A DNA stretch of 64,000 nucleotides from an uncultured beta proteobacterium (GTDB lineage: Bacteria; Pseudomonadota; Gammaproteobacteria; Burkholderiales; Burkholderiaceae_C): contig CAVPMY010000012.1 in NCBI GenBank assembly GCA_963706685.1, forward strand, positions 48,564 to 112,563. The letters run 5' to 3'. The position numbers and the translations under genes were made by a program. This document shows, in pieces, positions 20,314-29,830 of this stretch. The notes beneath the pieces are model-generated. The model was not told the DNA's origin, did no database searches, and saw only the letters and a program-made list of their open reading frames with translations. Every line of letters begins with the position of its first letter. The stretch's first letter is position 1.

Positions 20314-21135
20314 ATGCTTGCCACCCCCGCTTCGACAATCCGCTTTCGCCGTCTGCTGCTCACCGGGGCGGCCGGCAACCTGGGCGCCGAACTGCGCCCG
20401 CGCCTGAAGGCCTATTGCGAAACCTTGCGCCTGTCGCATCGCAAGCCCTTCGGCGACGCCGGGCCCGGCGAAGAGATCGTGCTGGCGTCGCTCGAAGACA
20501 AGGCGCAGGTGCTTGCGCTGCTGCAGGATGTGGATGCCGTGGTGCACATGGGCGGCGTCTCGACCGAACAGCCGTGGGAGCCGATCCTGGCCGGCAACAT
20601 CGTCGGCATGGTCAACCTGTACGAGGCGGCGCGCAAGCACAAGACCAGGCGCATCGTCTTTGCCAGTTCCAACCACGTCACCGGCTTCTACCGCCAGGAC
20701 GAGGTCATCACGCCGAAGGATCCGGTGCGCCCCGACGGCTACTACGGCCTGAGCAAGGCCTTTGGCGAAAACCTGGCGCAGCTGTACTGGGACCGGCATG
20801 GCATCGAGACGGTGAGCCTGCGCATCGGCTCGTCGTTCGGCGAACCGAAAGACCGCCGCATGCTCGCCACCTGGATGAGCTTCGACGACACCGAGCGCCT
20901 GGTCGTGGCCGCACTCACCGCACCGATCGTCGGCCACAGCATCCTCTACGGTGTCAGCGACAACACCACGACCTGGTGGGACAACACCAGCGCCAGACAC
21001 ATCGGCTACCGCCCGCGAGACAGCTCGGAGCCGTTCCGCGCTGCCGTCGAGGCGCGCCAGCAGACGATCGACCGCAGTGACCCGGCGGCCCTCTACCAGG
21101 GCGGCGGCTTTGTCAAGCAGGGTCATTACGACTGA
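20314..21135 (+). CDS. udh: uronate dehydrogenase (NAD-dependent epimerase/dehydratase fold)
   Basis: ORF 20221..21135(+). ATG at 20314. LLLTGAAGNLG, FASSNH, YGLSKAFGE, WWDN. Collinear with Agrobacterium/Pseudomonas Udh as I recall them. Confidence 0.8.
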   Translation: MLATPASTIRFRRLLLTGAAGNLGAELRPRLKAYCETLRLSHRKPFGDAGPGEEIVLASLEDKAQVLALLQDVDAVVHMGGVSTEQPWEPILAGNIVGMVNLYEAARKHKTRRIVFASSNHVTGFYRQDEVITPKDPVRPDGYYGLSKAFGENLAQLYWDRHGIETVSLRIGSSFGEPKDRRMLATWMSFDDTERLVVAALTAPIVGHSILYGVSDNTTTWWDNTSARHIGYRPRDSSEPFRAAVEARQQTIDRSDPAALYQGGGFVKQGHYD

Positions 21136-21207
21136 CCGCCACCCCTTTCCGACCGTTTAACCCTGCGCCAATTCGCGGCGCTATTCACTTCTCAGGAGAC
21201 ACGACTC

Positions 21208-22182
21208 ATGACGCTACGCAGAACCCTCATCGCCGCGGCGATCGGTGTGCTGGCCGCCTTCGGCGCCCAGGCCCAGAACTTCGTCCTCAAGGCCGCGGAC
21301 ACGCACCCGGCCGGCTACCCCACGGTGGTGGCGGTCGAGAACATGGGCAAGAAGCTCGAGGAGGCCACCAAGGGCCGCATCAAGATGCAGATGTTCCCGG
21401 GCGCCGTGCTTGGCCAGGAGAAGGAAACGGTCGAGCAGACGCAGCTCGGCGCGATCCAGATCGCACGCATCTCGCTCGGCGTGATCGGCCCGGTCGTGCC
21501 CGAGGTCAACGTCTTCAACATGCCTTTTGTGTTCCGCGACATCGCGCACATGCGCAAGGTGATCGACGGCCCGATCGGCGACGAGCTGCTGCAGAAGGTC
21601 AGCGACAGCCCGGCCAAGCTGATCGGCCTGGGCTGGATGGACGGCGGCTCGCGCAGCCTGTACACCAAGAAGCCGGTGCGTACGCCCGCCGACCTGGCCG
21701 GCCTGAAGGTGCGCATGATGGGCAACCCGTTGTTCGTCGACACGATGAACGCGATGGGCGGCAACGGCATCAGCATGGCTTATGGCGAAGTCTTCAGCGC
21801 GCTGCAGACTGGCGTCATCGACGGCGCCGAGAACAATCCGCCGAGCTACTTCACCGCCAACCACTACAACACGCCGGCCAAGTACTACGCGCAGACCAAC
21901 CACCTGATCATTCCAGAGATCTTCGTCATGTCCAAGGTCACGTGGGACAAGCTGAGCAAGGACGACCAGGCGCTGGTGAAGAAGGTCTCGCGCGAGGCCC
22001 AGCTCGACCAGCGTGCGCTTTGGGACAAGAGCGTCGCCGATTACACCGGCAAGCTCAAGGCCGCCGGCATCGAGTTCATCAACGTCGATACCAAGCCCTT
22101 CTACGAGGCGACTGCCCCGGTGCGCGCCAAGTACGGCGCCGACTTCACGGGCCTGATGAAGCGCATCGACGCCACCAACTAA
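21208..22182 (+). CDS. dctP: TRAP transporter substrate-binding protein (DctP family)
   Basis: Intact 324-aa ORF with signal peptide. RBS AGGAGA upstream. Confidence 0.85.
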   Translation: MTLRRTLIAAAIGVLAAFGAQAQNFVLKAADTHPAGYPTVVAVENMGKKLEEATKGRIKMQMFPGAVLGQEKETVEQTQLGAIQIARISLGVIGPVVPEVNVFNMPFVFRDIAHMRKVIDGPIGDELLQKVSDSPAKLIGLGWMDGGSRSLYTKKPVRTPADLAGLKVRMMGNPLFVDTMNAMGGNGISMAYGEVFSALQTGVIDGAENNPPSYFTANHYNTPAKYYAQTNHLIIPEIFVMSKVTWDKLSKDDQALVKKVSREAQLDQRALWDKSVADYTGKLKAAGIEFINVDTKPFYEATAPVRAKYGADFTGLMKRIDATN

Positions 22183-22200
22183 CAACAAAGCAACGACAGC

Positions 22201-22222
22201 AGCGCCACCCGCGGGTGGCGCT
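22201..22222 (+). promoter_or_regulatory. perfect 22-nt palindrome (stem-loop) between dctP and dctQ
   Basis: AGCGCCACCCG/CGGGTGGCGCT. No T-tract, so probably an mRNA-stability or attenuating hairpin rather than a terminator. Confidence 0.5.
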
Positions 22223-22236
22223 GCCGGGGCAGCGCC

Positions 22237-22755
22237 ATGGCCGAAACCTTTCACCGCTTCAACGATCGCCTGTACCAGTTCTGCATCTGGGTCTCGGCCA
22301 TCTCGATCGTCGTCATGTCGATGATCATCCCGTGGGGCATCTTTGCGCGCTACGTGCTCGGCACCGGCTCGCGCTGGCCCGAGCCGGTGGCGATCTTGCT
22401 GATGGTGCTGTTCACCTTTCTCGGCTCGGCGGTCAGCTACCGGGCCGGTGCGCACATCGCTGTCGCGATGCTCACCGACCGCCTGCCGGAGGGCATCGCG
22501 AAACCGCTGCGCGGCGTCATCCACCTGCTGATGCTGGCCGTGGCGCTGTTCATGTTGTATTACGGCACGACGCTGTGCATCGAAACCTGGCACCAGACCA
22601 TCGGCCAGTTGCCGTGGATGCCGGTCGGCCTGACCTACACGCCGGTGCCGATCGCCGGCTTCATCACCGCGCTGTTCGTCATCGAAGTGATCTTCTTCGG
22701 CAGCCAGAAACAACGCGAGGTGATCACGCTCGATCACCTCGCCGAAGAAGCCTGA
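22237..22755 (+). CDS. dctQ: TRAP transporter small permease (DctQ family)
   Basis: Intact 172-aa hydrophobic ORF in the expected position. Confidence 0.85.
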   Translation: MAETFHRFNDRLYQFCIWVSAISIVVMSMIIPWGIFARYVLGTGSRWPEPVAILLMVLFTFLGSAVSYRAGAHIAVAMLTDRLPEGIAKPLRGVIHLLMLAVALFMLYYGTTLCIETWHQTIGQLPWMPVGLTYTPVPIAGFITALFVIEVIFFGSQKQREVITLDHLAEEA

Positions 22756-22765
22756 GCGAGCTGAC

Positions 22766-24049
22766 ATGGACGCCTTCATCCTGCTCGGCTCGTTCGGGCT
22801 GCTGATCATCATCGGCATGCCGGTGGCCTACGCGATGGGCTTGTCGGCGCTGATCGGCGCGCTGTGGATCGACATCCCGATCGGCGCCATCATGATCCAG
22901 ATCGCCGCCGGGGTGAACAAGTTCTCGCTGCTGGCGATTCCCTTCTTCGTGCTCGCCGGCGCGATCATGGCCGAAGGCGGCATGGCGCGGCGCCTGGTCG
23001 CCTTCGCCGGCGTGCTGGTGGGTTTCATCCGCGGCGGGCTGTCGCTGGTCAACATCCTGGCATCGACGTTCTTCGGCGCCATCTCCGGCTCGTCGATGGC
23101 CGACACCGCGTCGATCGGTTCGGTGCTGATTCCCGAGATGGCCAAGAAGGGCTATCCGCGCGCCTTCGCCACCGCGGTCACCGTCAGCGGCTCGGTGCAG
23201 GCGATCCTGATCCCACCGTCGCACAACGCCGTCATCTACTCGCTGGCGGCTGGTGGTTCGGTCTCGATCGCGGCCCTGTTCGTCGCCGGCGTGCTGCCCG
23301 GCCTGCTGCTCGGCCTGACGCTGGCCGTGCTCTGCCTGTTCATCGCCAAGAAGAAGGACTTTCCGCGCGGCGAGCGCATCCCGCTCAAGCAGGCGCTGAA
23401 GATCTGCGCCGATGCGCTGTGGGGCCTGATGACGATGGTCATCATCCTCGGCGGCATCCTGTCGGGTGTGTTCACGGCCACCGAGTCGGCGGCGATTGCC
23501 GTCGTCTGGGCCTTCCTGGTGACGATGTTCATCTACCGCGACTACAAGTGGCGCGAGCTGCCCAAGCTGGCGCACCGCACGGTGAAGACGCTGTCGATCG
23601 TCATGATCCTGATCGGCTTTGCCGCGGCCTTCGGCTTCATCATGACGCTGATGCAGATTCCGCAGCACATCACCAATGCGTTCACGTCGGTATCCGACCA
23701 GCGCTGGGTCGTGCTGCTGATGATGAATGCGTTGCTGCTGATCCTGGGCACGCTGATGGACATGGCGCCGCTGATCCTGATCATGACGCCGATCCTGCTG
23801 CCGGTGGCGACGCAGCTTGGCGTCGACCCGGTGCAGTTCGGCATGATCATGATGGTCAACCTCGGCATGGGACTGATCACGCCGCCGGTCGGCGGCGTGC
23901 TGTTCGTCGGCAGCGCCATCGCCAAGGTGCCGATCGAGCAGGTCATCAAGGCGCTTTACCCGTTCTTCGGCGCGATGCTTTTCGTGCTGGCGCTGGTGAC
24001 CTATGTGCCGGCGATCTCACTCTGGCTGCCCGGGGTCTTTGGACTGTGA
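22766..24049 (+). CDS. dctM: TRAP transporter large permease (DctM family)
   Basis: Intact 427-aa polytopic ORF. Confidence 0.9.
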   Translation: MDAFILLGSFGLLIIIGMPVAYAMGLSALIGALWIDIPIGAIMIQIAAGVNKFSLLAIPFFVLAGAIMAEGGMARRLVAFAGVLVGFIRGGLSLVNILASTFFGAISGSSMADTASIGSVLIPEMAKKGYPRAFATAVTVSGSVQAILIPPSHNAVIYSLAAGGSVSIAALFVAGVLPGLLLGLTLAVLCLFIAKKKDFPRGERIPLKQALKICADALWGLMTMVIILGGILSGVFTATESAAIAVVWAFLVTMFIYRDYKWRELPKLAHRTVKTLSIVMILIGFAAAFGFIMTLMQIPQHITNAFTSVSDQRWVVLLMMNALLLILGTLMDMAPLILIMTPILLPVATQLGVDPVQFGMIMMVNLGMGLITPPVGGVLFVGSAIAKVPIEQVIKALYPFFGAMLFVLALVTYVPAISLWLPGVFGL

Positions 24050-24054
24050 GCGAC

Positions 24055-25002
24055 ATGCCCTTCACGATCAACGCGCGCTACCCCGATCCGTCGGTCGAGG
24101 TTCTCGACGACGCTTTCGCCTCGCTGCGGCTGTACAGCGCCAGCATCGAGCAACTCGCCACCGGTTGCCGCTGGAGCGAAGGCCCGGTGTGGTTCGGTGA
24201 CGGGCGCTACCTGCTGTGGAGCGACATCCCGAACAACCGCATCCTGCGCTGGGACGATGCGTCGGGCGCCGTGAGCGTGTTCCGTGAACCATCGAACAAC
24301 GCCAACGGCCACACCCGCGACCGCGAAGGACGGCTCGTCAGTTGCGAACACCTGACGCGCCGTATCACTCGCACCGAGTACGACGGCCGCATCAGCGTGC
24401 TTGCCGATCGTTTCGACGGCAAGCGCCTGAACTCGCCCAACGACATCGTCTGCGCCAGAGACGGCAGCCTCTGGTTCACCGATCCGAGCTTCGGCATCGC
24501 CGGGCACTGGGAGGGCGATCCGGCCACGCCGGAGCTGCCGCATGCGGTGTACCGGCTGTCACCCAAGGGCGAACTGCAGCAGGTGCTGATCGATCTCAAG
24601 GGCCCCAACGGCCTGGCGTTTTCGCCCGACGAGTCGGAGCTCTACGTCGTCGAAAGCCGCGCCGAGCCGCATCGGCGCTTGTGGGCCTATCGCGTCGGCA
24701 ATGATGGCGCGCTGGCGAACAAGCGCCTGGTCATCGACGCCACCGACGGTGGCGCGCTCGACGGCATTGCCATCGACGCCGAAGGCAATATCTGGTGCGG
24801 CTGGGGCGGCAACGGCCGCGTGCCTTCCGAGCCGCTCGACGGCGTGCGCGTCTTCGACGCCGCCGGCAAGGCGCTCGGCCACATTCATTTGCCCGAGCGC
24901 TGCGCCAACCTGTGCTTCGGCGGCGCCAAGCGCAACCGGCTGTTCATGGCGTCAAGCCATTCGCTCTACGCTTTGTACGTGAACGTACAGGGCGCGCTCT
25001 GA
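24055..25002 (+). CDS. SMP-30/gluconolactonase/LRE-family lactonase (probable uronolactonase)
   Basis: Frame of ORF 22864..25002. ATG 24055 (MPFTINARYPDP). EGPVW, NSPNDIV, LWFTDP, NGLAFSPD. Confidence 0.8.
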   Translation: MPFTINARYPDPSVEVLDDAFASLRLYSASIEQLATGCRWSEGPVWFGDGRYLLWSDIPNNRILRWDDASGAVSVFREPSNNANGHTRDREGRLVSCEHLTRRITRTEYDGRISVLADRFDGKRLNSPNDIVCARDGSLWFTDPSFGIAGHWEGDPATPELPHAVYRLSPKGELQQVLIDLKGPNGLAFSPDESELYVVESRAEPHRRLWAYRVGNDGALANKRLVIDATDGGALDGIAIDAEGNIWCGWGGNGRVPSEPLDGVRVFDAAGKALGHIHLPERCANLCFGGAKRNRLFMASSHSLYALYVNVQGAL

Positions 25003-25004
25003 AT

Positions 25005-25655
25005 TCAAGGCGGCCGGCGCTCGAATCCCTTGGCGAGCGCGGCGCCTGTGGCCGCGCCGAGAAGTTGCGCGGCCACGAACGCTGGCACATGGCCCGGCGC
25101 GATGCCCGCAAACGAATCGCTGAACATGCGGCCCAATGCAACGGCCGGGTTGGCGAACGAGGTGCTGGCGGTGAACCAGTACGCCGCACCGATCCACGCG
25201 GCAACGAGCACGGCGGCGCGGCCGGCCGGCGCACGCAGGATCGTCAACAACAAACCTGCCGTGGCCACGAACTCGGCGAGCCACTGGCCGTTGCCGCTGC
25301 GCAGCTTGGTGGACCACTGCGGGAACGGCAGTTCGAACATCGCCTGGGCCAGCCACGCGCCGAGCACCGCACCGGCCAATTGCACCAGCACATAGGGCAG
25401 CAACTCGTTGCGAGGCAACGCGCCGCGCCACGCCATCACGGCGGAGACTGCCGGGTTGAAGTGCGCGCCGCTGACGGGGCCGAAGATCTCGATCAACACG
25501 AACAAGCCGAACACCGTGGCCAGCGTGTTGGCCAGCAGTGCGACGGCCACGTTCCCGCCCGCCAGGCGCTCGGCCATGATGCCCGAGCCGATGACGATGG
25601 CCACCAGCAGCAGCGTGCCAATGCCTTCGGCGAGCAGCCGGCGCGGCAGGGTCAT
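25005..25655 (-). CDS. MIP-family channel (aquaglyceroporin, AqpS-like)
   Basis: Intact 216-aa ORF with two NPA boxes (HFNPAV, FANPAV). Last gene of the ars cluster. Confidence 0.8.
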   Translation of the reverse strand: MTLPRRLLAEGIGTLLLVAIVIGSGIMAERLAGGNVAVALLANTLATVFGLFVLIEIFGPVSGAHFNPAVSAVMAWRGALPRNELLPYVLVQLAGAVLGAWLAQAMFELPFPQWSTKLRSGNGQWLAEFVATAGLLLTILRAPAGRAAVLVAAWIGAAYWFTASTSFANPAVALGRMFSDSFAGIAPGHVPAFVAAQLLGAATGAALAKGFERRPP

Positions 25656-25701
25656 GTCCCGCGCCGGGCCGTCGGGGGCAGGAGCGAAGCGACTGGGGGG
25701 C

Positions 25702-26196
25702 TCACGTGCCAGCGATGTCCTGCAGTGCGCGGCGCAATGCGGTCTCGTCCAAGCTTTCGATCGGCAATGCGAGCAGTTGCAGCATTCGATAGCCCAACGC
25801 CTGACGTGTCAGCTCGAAGGCGCGGCGCTTGCCGTCGTTGCCGCCTTCGGCGTGGCTCGGGTCCGGATAACCCCAATGCACCTGCACCGGCGCGCCGGGA
25901 AAGAAGGGGCAAGTCTCCTTGGCCGCGCTGTCGCAGACCGTGATCACTGCGCTGAGCCTCGGCGCGCCCGGTGCGGCGAATTCGTCCCAGCTCTTGCTGC
26001 GCGGTGATCTCACGTCGATGCCGGCTGCCGCCAGCGCTTCGAGCGCGAACGGATTGACGCGCCCGCTCGGTGCGCTGCCAGCGCTGTGCGCGACCACGTC
26101 ACGGCCGAGCTTGCGCGCCCAGTGGTTGAGCATGGCCTCGGCGAGCACGCTGCGCGCCGAGTTGTGCGTGCACAGGATCAGGACATGCGCCGGCAT
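25702..26196 (-). CDS. arsC: arsenate reductase, LMW-phosphatase (thioredoxin-coupled) type
   Basis: ATG 26196 (MPAHVLILCTHNSARSVLAEA). CX5R P-loop CTHNSARS. Start overlaps the arsI stop (TGATG). Confidence 0.85.
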   Translation of the reverse strand: MPAHVLILCTHNSARSVLAEAMLNHWARKLGRDVVAHSAGSAPSGRVNPFALEALAAAGIDVRSPRSKSWDEFAAPGAPRLSAVITVCDSAAKETCPFFPGAPVQVHWGYPDPSHAEGGNDGKRRAFELTRQALGYRMLQLLALPIESLDETALRRALQDIAGT

Positions 26197-26654
26197 CAGC
26201 AGCAGCTCGCTGCGCCTGGCGCAGACGCGGCCTTGAGACGCGCGTCGGCCGGGCAGCAGGCTTGCGCCGCCGCCTGCCCGCCGAAGGTGGGAATGGCCGC
26301 CAGCGTGTGGAAGTGTTCCCAGGCCACGCCTTGCGGGTCGGTCACCCAATGCTTCTCGCTCGTCGCGTAGCAACAATTCGTCGTGCCCTCGACCTCGAGC
26401 GCCAGGTCGGCATTGCGGGCCCGCATCTGCAGCGCGGCCAGGTCGTCGCCGTTGTCGGTCTGGATGCCCAGGTGGTCGATGCGCCCGGCCTCGCCGCGCG
26501 TGGAGATCGCAAAGTTCAACGGCGGATCGTCGAGCATCCATTTCGCATAGTCGCTCTCGCTGCGTGCGGGCGTGGCCCCGAACAGCTTGGAATAGAAGCC
26601 GATGCTCTGCGCGAGATCGGCCACGTGCAGGTGGACGTGAAAACGGTGGCTCAT
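26196..26654 (-). CDS. arsI: ArsI/CadI-family glyoxalase-fold metalloenzyme (C-As lyase-like)
   Basis: [11 protein letters not shown]... Vicinal cysteines in GTTNCCYATSEKHWVTDPQGVAWE. Cys-rich tail. ATGA overlap with arsR. Confidence 0.7.
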   Translation of the reverse strand: MSHRFHVHLHVADLAQSIGFYSKLFGATPARSESDYAKWMLDDPPLNFAISTRGEAGRIDHLGIQTDNGDDLAALQMRARNADLALEVEGTTNCCYATSEKHWVTDPQGVAWEHFHTLAAIPTFGGQAAAQACCPADARLKAASAPGAASCC

Positions 26655-26971
26655 CGTGAAGTCCTCTGGGTTGGCGGGCAGCAAGCGGTGCCCTCGCAGC
26701 AGTTTTCGGTGAGGTAGGCCAGCAGGCCGTTCATGCGCTCGAAGTTGGCGCGGTAGATGAGGAAGCGGCCGTCGCGCTGCTGCGTCACCAGGCCGCTGGC
26801 CATCAACTCCTTGAGGTGGAACGACAGGGTGGCCGCCGGCACGCCGGCACCTTCGCTCATCGCGCCCGGCGTCAGGCCGCGCGGGCCGGCGACGACGAGG
26901 GCGCGGAACACCTTCAGCCGCAACGGCTGCGCCAACGCGGCAAGGGAGGCGACAACATTCTGTTCTTCCAT
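26651..26971 (-). CDS. arsR: ArsR/SmtB-family metalloregulator
   Basis: Intact 106-aa [23 protein letters not shown]-terminal Cys cluster [10 protein letters not shown]. Confidence 0.85.
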   Translation of the reverse strand: MEEQNVVASLAALAQPLRLKVFRALVVAGPRGLTPGAMSEGAGVPAATLSFHLKELMASGLVTQQRDGRFLIYRANFERMNGLLAYLTENCCEGTACCPPTQRTSR

Positions 26972-27030
26972 GTTTCCAGAATAGTAGAAATATAAAGAAG
27001 GCGCAAGCCCCCCGGGTGGACAATGCCCGC

Positions 27031-28064
27031 ATGGCCGAGACCCTGACCATCACCCGTCCCGACGACTGGCACCTGCATCTGCGCGATGGTGCGGCGATGG
27101 CGGCGGTCTTGCCGGCGACGGCGGCGCAGTTCGCACGCGCCATCGTCATGCCCAATCTGAAGCCGCCGGTGACCACGGCGGCCGCAGCGCAGGCGTATCG
27201 CGAGCGCATCATCGCCGCACTGCCGGCGGGCGCGGCGTTCACGCCGCTGATGACGCTGTACCTCACCGACCACCTGCCGCCGGAGGAGATCCGCCGCGCC
27301 AAGGAAGCGGGCGTCGTCGCCGTCAAGCTGTATCCGGCCGGCGCGACGACCCACAGCGACGCCGGCGTGACCGATCTGCGGCAGACCTACCGCACGCTGG
27401 AAGCGATGCAGCGCGAGGGCCTGCTGCTGCTGGTTCACGGCGAAGTCACCGACGCACGAGATCGACATCTTCGACCGCGAGGCGGTCTTCATCGAGCGCG
27501 TGATGCAGCCCTTGCGCCGTGACTTTCCGCAGCTCAAGATCGTCTTCGAGCACATCACGACCCTCGAAGCCGCGCAGTACGTGGCGGCGAGCGATCGTTT
27601 CACCGCGGCCACGATCACCGCCCACCACCTGCTGTACAACCGCAACGCGATCTTCATCGGCGGCCTGCGCCCGCACTACTACTGCCTGCCGGTGTTGAAG
27701 CGCGAAGCGCATCGGCGGGCGCTGCTCGACGCCGCCACGAGCGGCAGTGCGAAATTCTTTCTCGGCACCGACAGCGCGCCGCACGCTGCGCGTGCTGAAA
27801 GAAAACTCGGTCTGCGGCGCCGGCTGCTACACCGCGCCGACTGCCATGGCGCTGTATGCCGAAGCCTTCGAAGCCGCGGGCGCGCTCGACAAGCTGGAAG
27901 CCTTTGCCAGCTTCAACGGCCCAGATTTCTACGGCCTGCCGCGCAACAGCGGCACGGTGACGCTGAAGCGCGAATCTTGGACGGTGCCGGAGAGCGTACC
28001 GTTTGGCGACGCGACATTGAAGCCATTGCGCGGCGGTGAAACCCTGGCCTGGAAATTGACATGA
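27031..28064 (+). pseudogene. pyrC: dihydroorotase (type II, E. coli-like), 2 frame breaks
   Basis: [19 protein letters not shown]...[10 protein letters not shown] / [18 protein letters not shown]...[10 protein letters not shown] / [20 protein letters not shown]...LAWKLT in three frames. Breaks near 27458 and 27790. Confidence 0.85.
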
Positions 28065-28798
28065 ACCATGACCGCGTGATGCTGCTGATCGATGCCGACA
28101 ACGTCTCGCTCGACGTCATCGAGCAGGCCGTGCCCTGGGTGCACCAGCACTTCGGCGGCCCGCATGTCCGTCGCGCCTACTGCACGGCCGAATCGGCGGT
28201 CAAGCACCAGGCGGCGTTCAAGCGCCTGGGCATCCGGCCGATGGTCAACCTGGCAGCCGGCAAGAACTCGACCGACATCGCACTGGCGGTCGACGCGGTC
28301 GAGTTGTGCGGACGCGAGCAGCCCGACGTGGTCGTCATCGCCTCGTCGGACTCCGACTTTGCGCCGCTGGTGACGCGCCTGCGCGAGAAGGGCTGCCGCG
28401 TCATCGGCATCGGCCAGGAGGGCAAGACTGGTGACGAGACCATCGGCGTCTATGACGACTACGAGGTGCTGTCGCATCGCAAGAACGCCGCACGCGCAGT
28501 TGCGGCGCCGGCCAAGGCGCCGGCCAAAGTACCGGCCAAGAAACGGGCGCCCAGGAAGGCGCCGGCAAAGAAAGCTGTCGCGTCGGTCCCCGAGAAGGCG
28601 CAGGCGATCTTCGACGCGTTGCCGGCATTGGCTGCGGGCGAGTCGGTCGAGCTGCGTGTGGCCGCAGAGCGTCTTCGCGACGCGAACCTGCTCTCCCGGA
28701 GCGGCTCGTCGACCAAGCTGTTCGGCCAGTTCCCGGAGCTGTTCGAACTGCGACCCGAGAAGCAGCCGAACCATGTGCAGCGTCGCGCTGCGCGGTGA
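28061..28798 (+). CDS. NYN-domain (LabA/DUF88-like) protein with Lys/Ala/Pro linker and C-terminal OST-HTH-like domain
   Basis: Intact 245-aa [27 protein letters not shown] overlap with the pyrC stop. Confidence 0.7.
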   Translation: MNHDRVMLLIDADNVSLDVIEQAVPWVHQHFGGPHVRRAYCTAESAVKHQAAFKRLGIRPMVNLAAGKNSTDIALAVDAVELCGREQPDVVVIASSDSDFAPLVTRLREKGCRVIGIGQEGKTGDETIGVYDDYEVLSHRKNAARAVAAPAKAPAKVPAKKRAPRKAPAKKAVASVPEKAQAIFDALPALAAGESVELRVAAERLRDANLLSRSGSSTKLFGQFPELFELRPEKQPNHVQRRAAR

Positions 28799-28850
28799 AG
28801 TTCGAAGACCCCGCGTTTTATGAGGACAAGCAGGTCTTTCGGCCAGGCCG

Positions 28851-28878
28851 CTTGAATTCCGGAGCCAGGACCTAACAT
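28851..28878 (+). promoter_or_regulatory. candidate sigma-32 type promoter upstream of htpX
   Basis: CTTGAA (28851-56), 14 nt, CCTAACAT (28871-78), versus the consensus CTTGAA-N13-15-CCCCATnT. htpX is a heat-shock regulon member in E. coli. Confidence 0.35.
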
Positions 28879-28920
28879 CTCCGCCGTCCGGGGCCCTTCG
28901 CGCCTTGAGTCATCGACGCC

Positions 28921-29799
28921 ATGAAACGCATCGCCTTGTTCCTCGTCACCAACCTCGCCGTCATGCTCGTGCTCGGCCTGGTGGTGAACATTTTCGGCCT
29001 CAACCGCTTTCTCACCGCCAACGGCCTCAGCCTGCCGGGCCTGCTCGCGTTCTCCGCCGTGATGGGTTTCGGTGGCGCGATCATCTCGCTGCTGATGAGC
29101 AAGCCGATGGCCAAGTGGAGCACGCGCGCCCAGGTCATCAACGATTCGCCGGACGCCACGCACCAGTGGCTCGTCATGGCCGTCAAGCGCTTTGCCGACA
29201 AGGCCGGCATCCAGATGCCCGAAGTCGCGATCTACGAAGGCCAGGCCAATGCCTTTGCCACCGGCGCCTTCAAGAACTCGGCGCTGGTGGCGGTGTCCAC
29301 CGGCCTGCTGCAGAGCATGAACCGCGATGAAGTCGAGGCAGTGATCGGCCATGAGATCGCGCACGTCGCCAACGGCGACATGGTGACGATGACGCTGATC
29401 CAGGGCGTGATGAACACCTTCGTCGTCTTCCTGTCGCGTGTCATCGGCTACGTGGTCGACAAGGTCGTGCTGCGCAACGAGCGCAGCGGCCCCGGCATCG
29501 GCTACTACGTGACGACGATCGTGCTCGACATCGTCCTCGGCGTGCTGGCCGCCATCGTCGTCGCCTGGTTCTCGCGCCGGCGCGAATTCCGCGCCGACCG
29601 CGGCTCGGCTGATCTGATGGGCAATGCCGTGCCGATGCAGCATGCACTGGCGCGCCTCGGAGGCCTGACGCCCGGCGAGTTGCCGCAGACGGTCAAGGCC
29701 ATGGGCATCACCGGCGTGCCGAGCGGCCTGATGAAGCTGTTCTCGAGCCACCCGCCGATCGAAGAGCGCATCGCGGCGCTGCAGGCGCCGCGCTCGTGA
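28921..29799 (+). CDS. htpX: membrane zinc metalloprotease HtpX
   Basis: Intact 292-aa [13 protein letters not shown]. Four TM segments. Confidence 0.9.
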   Translation: MKRIALFLVTNLAVMLVLGLVVNIFGLNRFLTANGLSLPGLLAFSAVMGFGGAIISLLMSKPMAKWSTRAQVINDSPDATHQWLVMAVKRFADKAGIQMPEVAIYEGQANAFATGAFKNSALVAVSTGLLQSMNRDEVEAVIGHEIAHVANGDMVTMTLIQGVMNTFVVFLSRVIGYVVDKVVLRNERSGPGIGYYVTTIVLDIVLGVLAAIVVAWFSRRREFRADRGSADLMGNAVPMQHALARLGGLTPGELPQTVKAMGITGVPSGLMKLFSSHPPIEERIAALQAPRS

Positions 29800-29830
29800 G
29801 GCGCCTGCTGCATGGGACAATCGCCGTCGT

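Noticed and set aside
21214-22818. 534-aa ORF antisense to dctP/dctQ; similar cases at 2230..3882(+), 28459..29856(-) and 32484..33788(-)
   Set aside because: Same reasoning: these are opposite-strand shadows of convincing genes.
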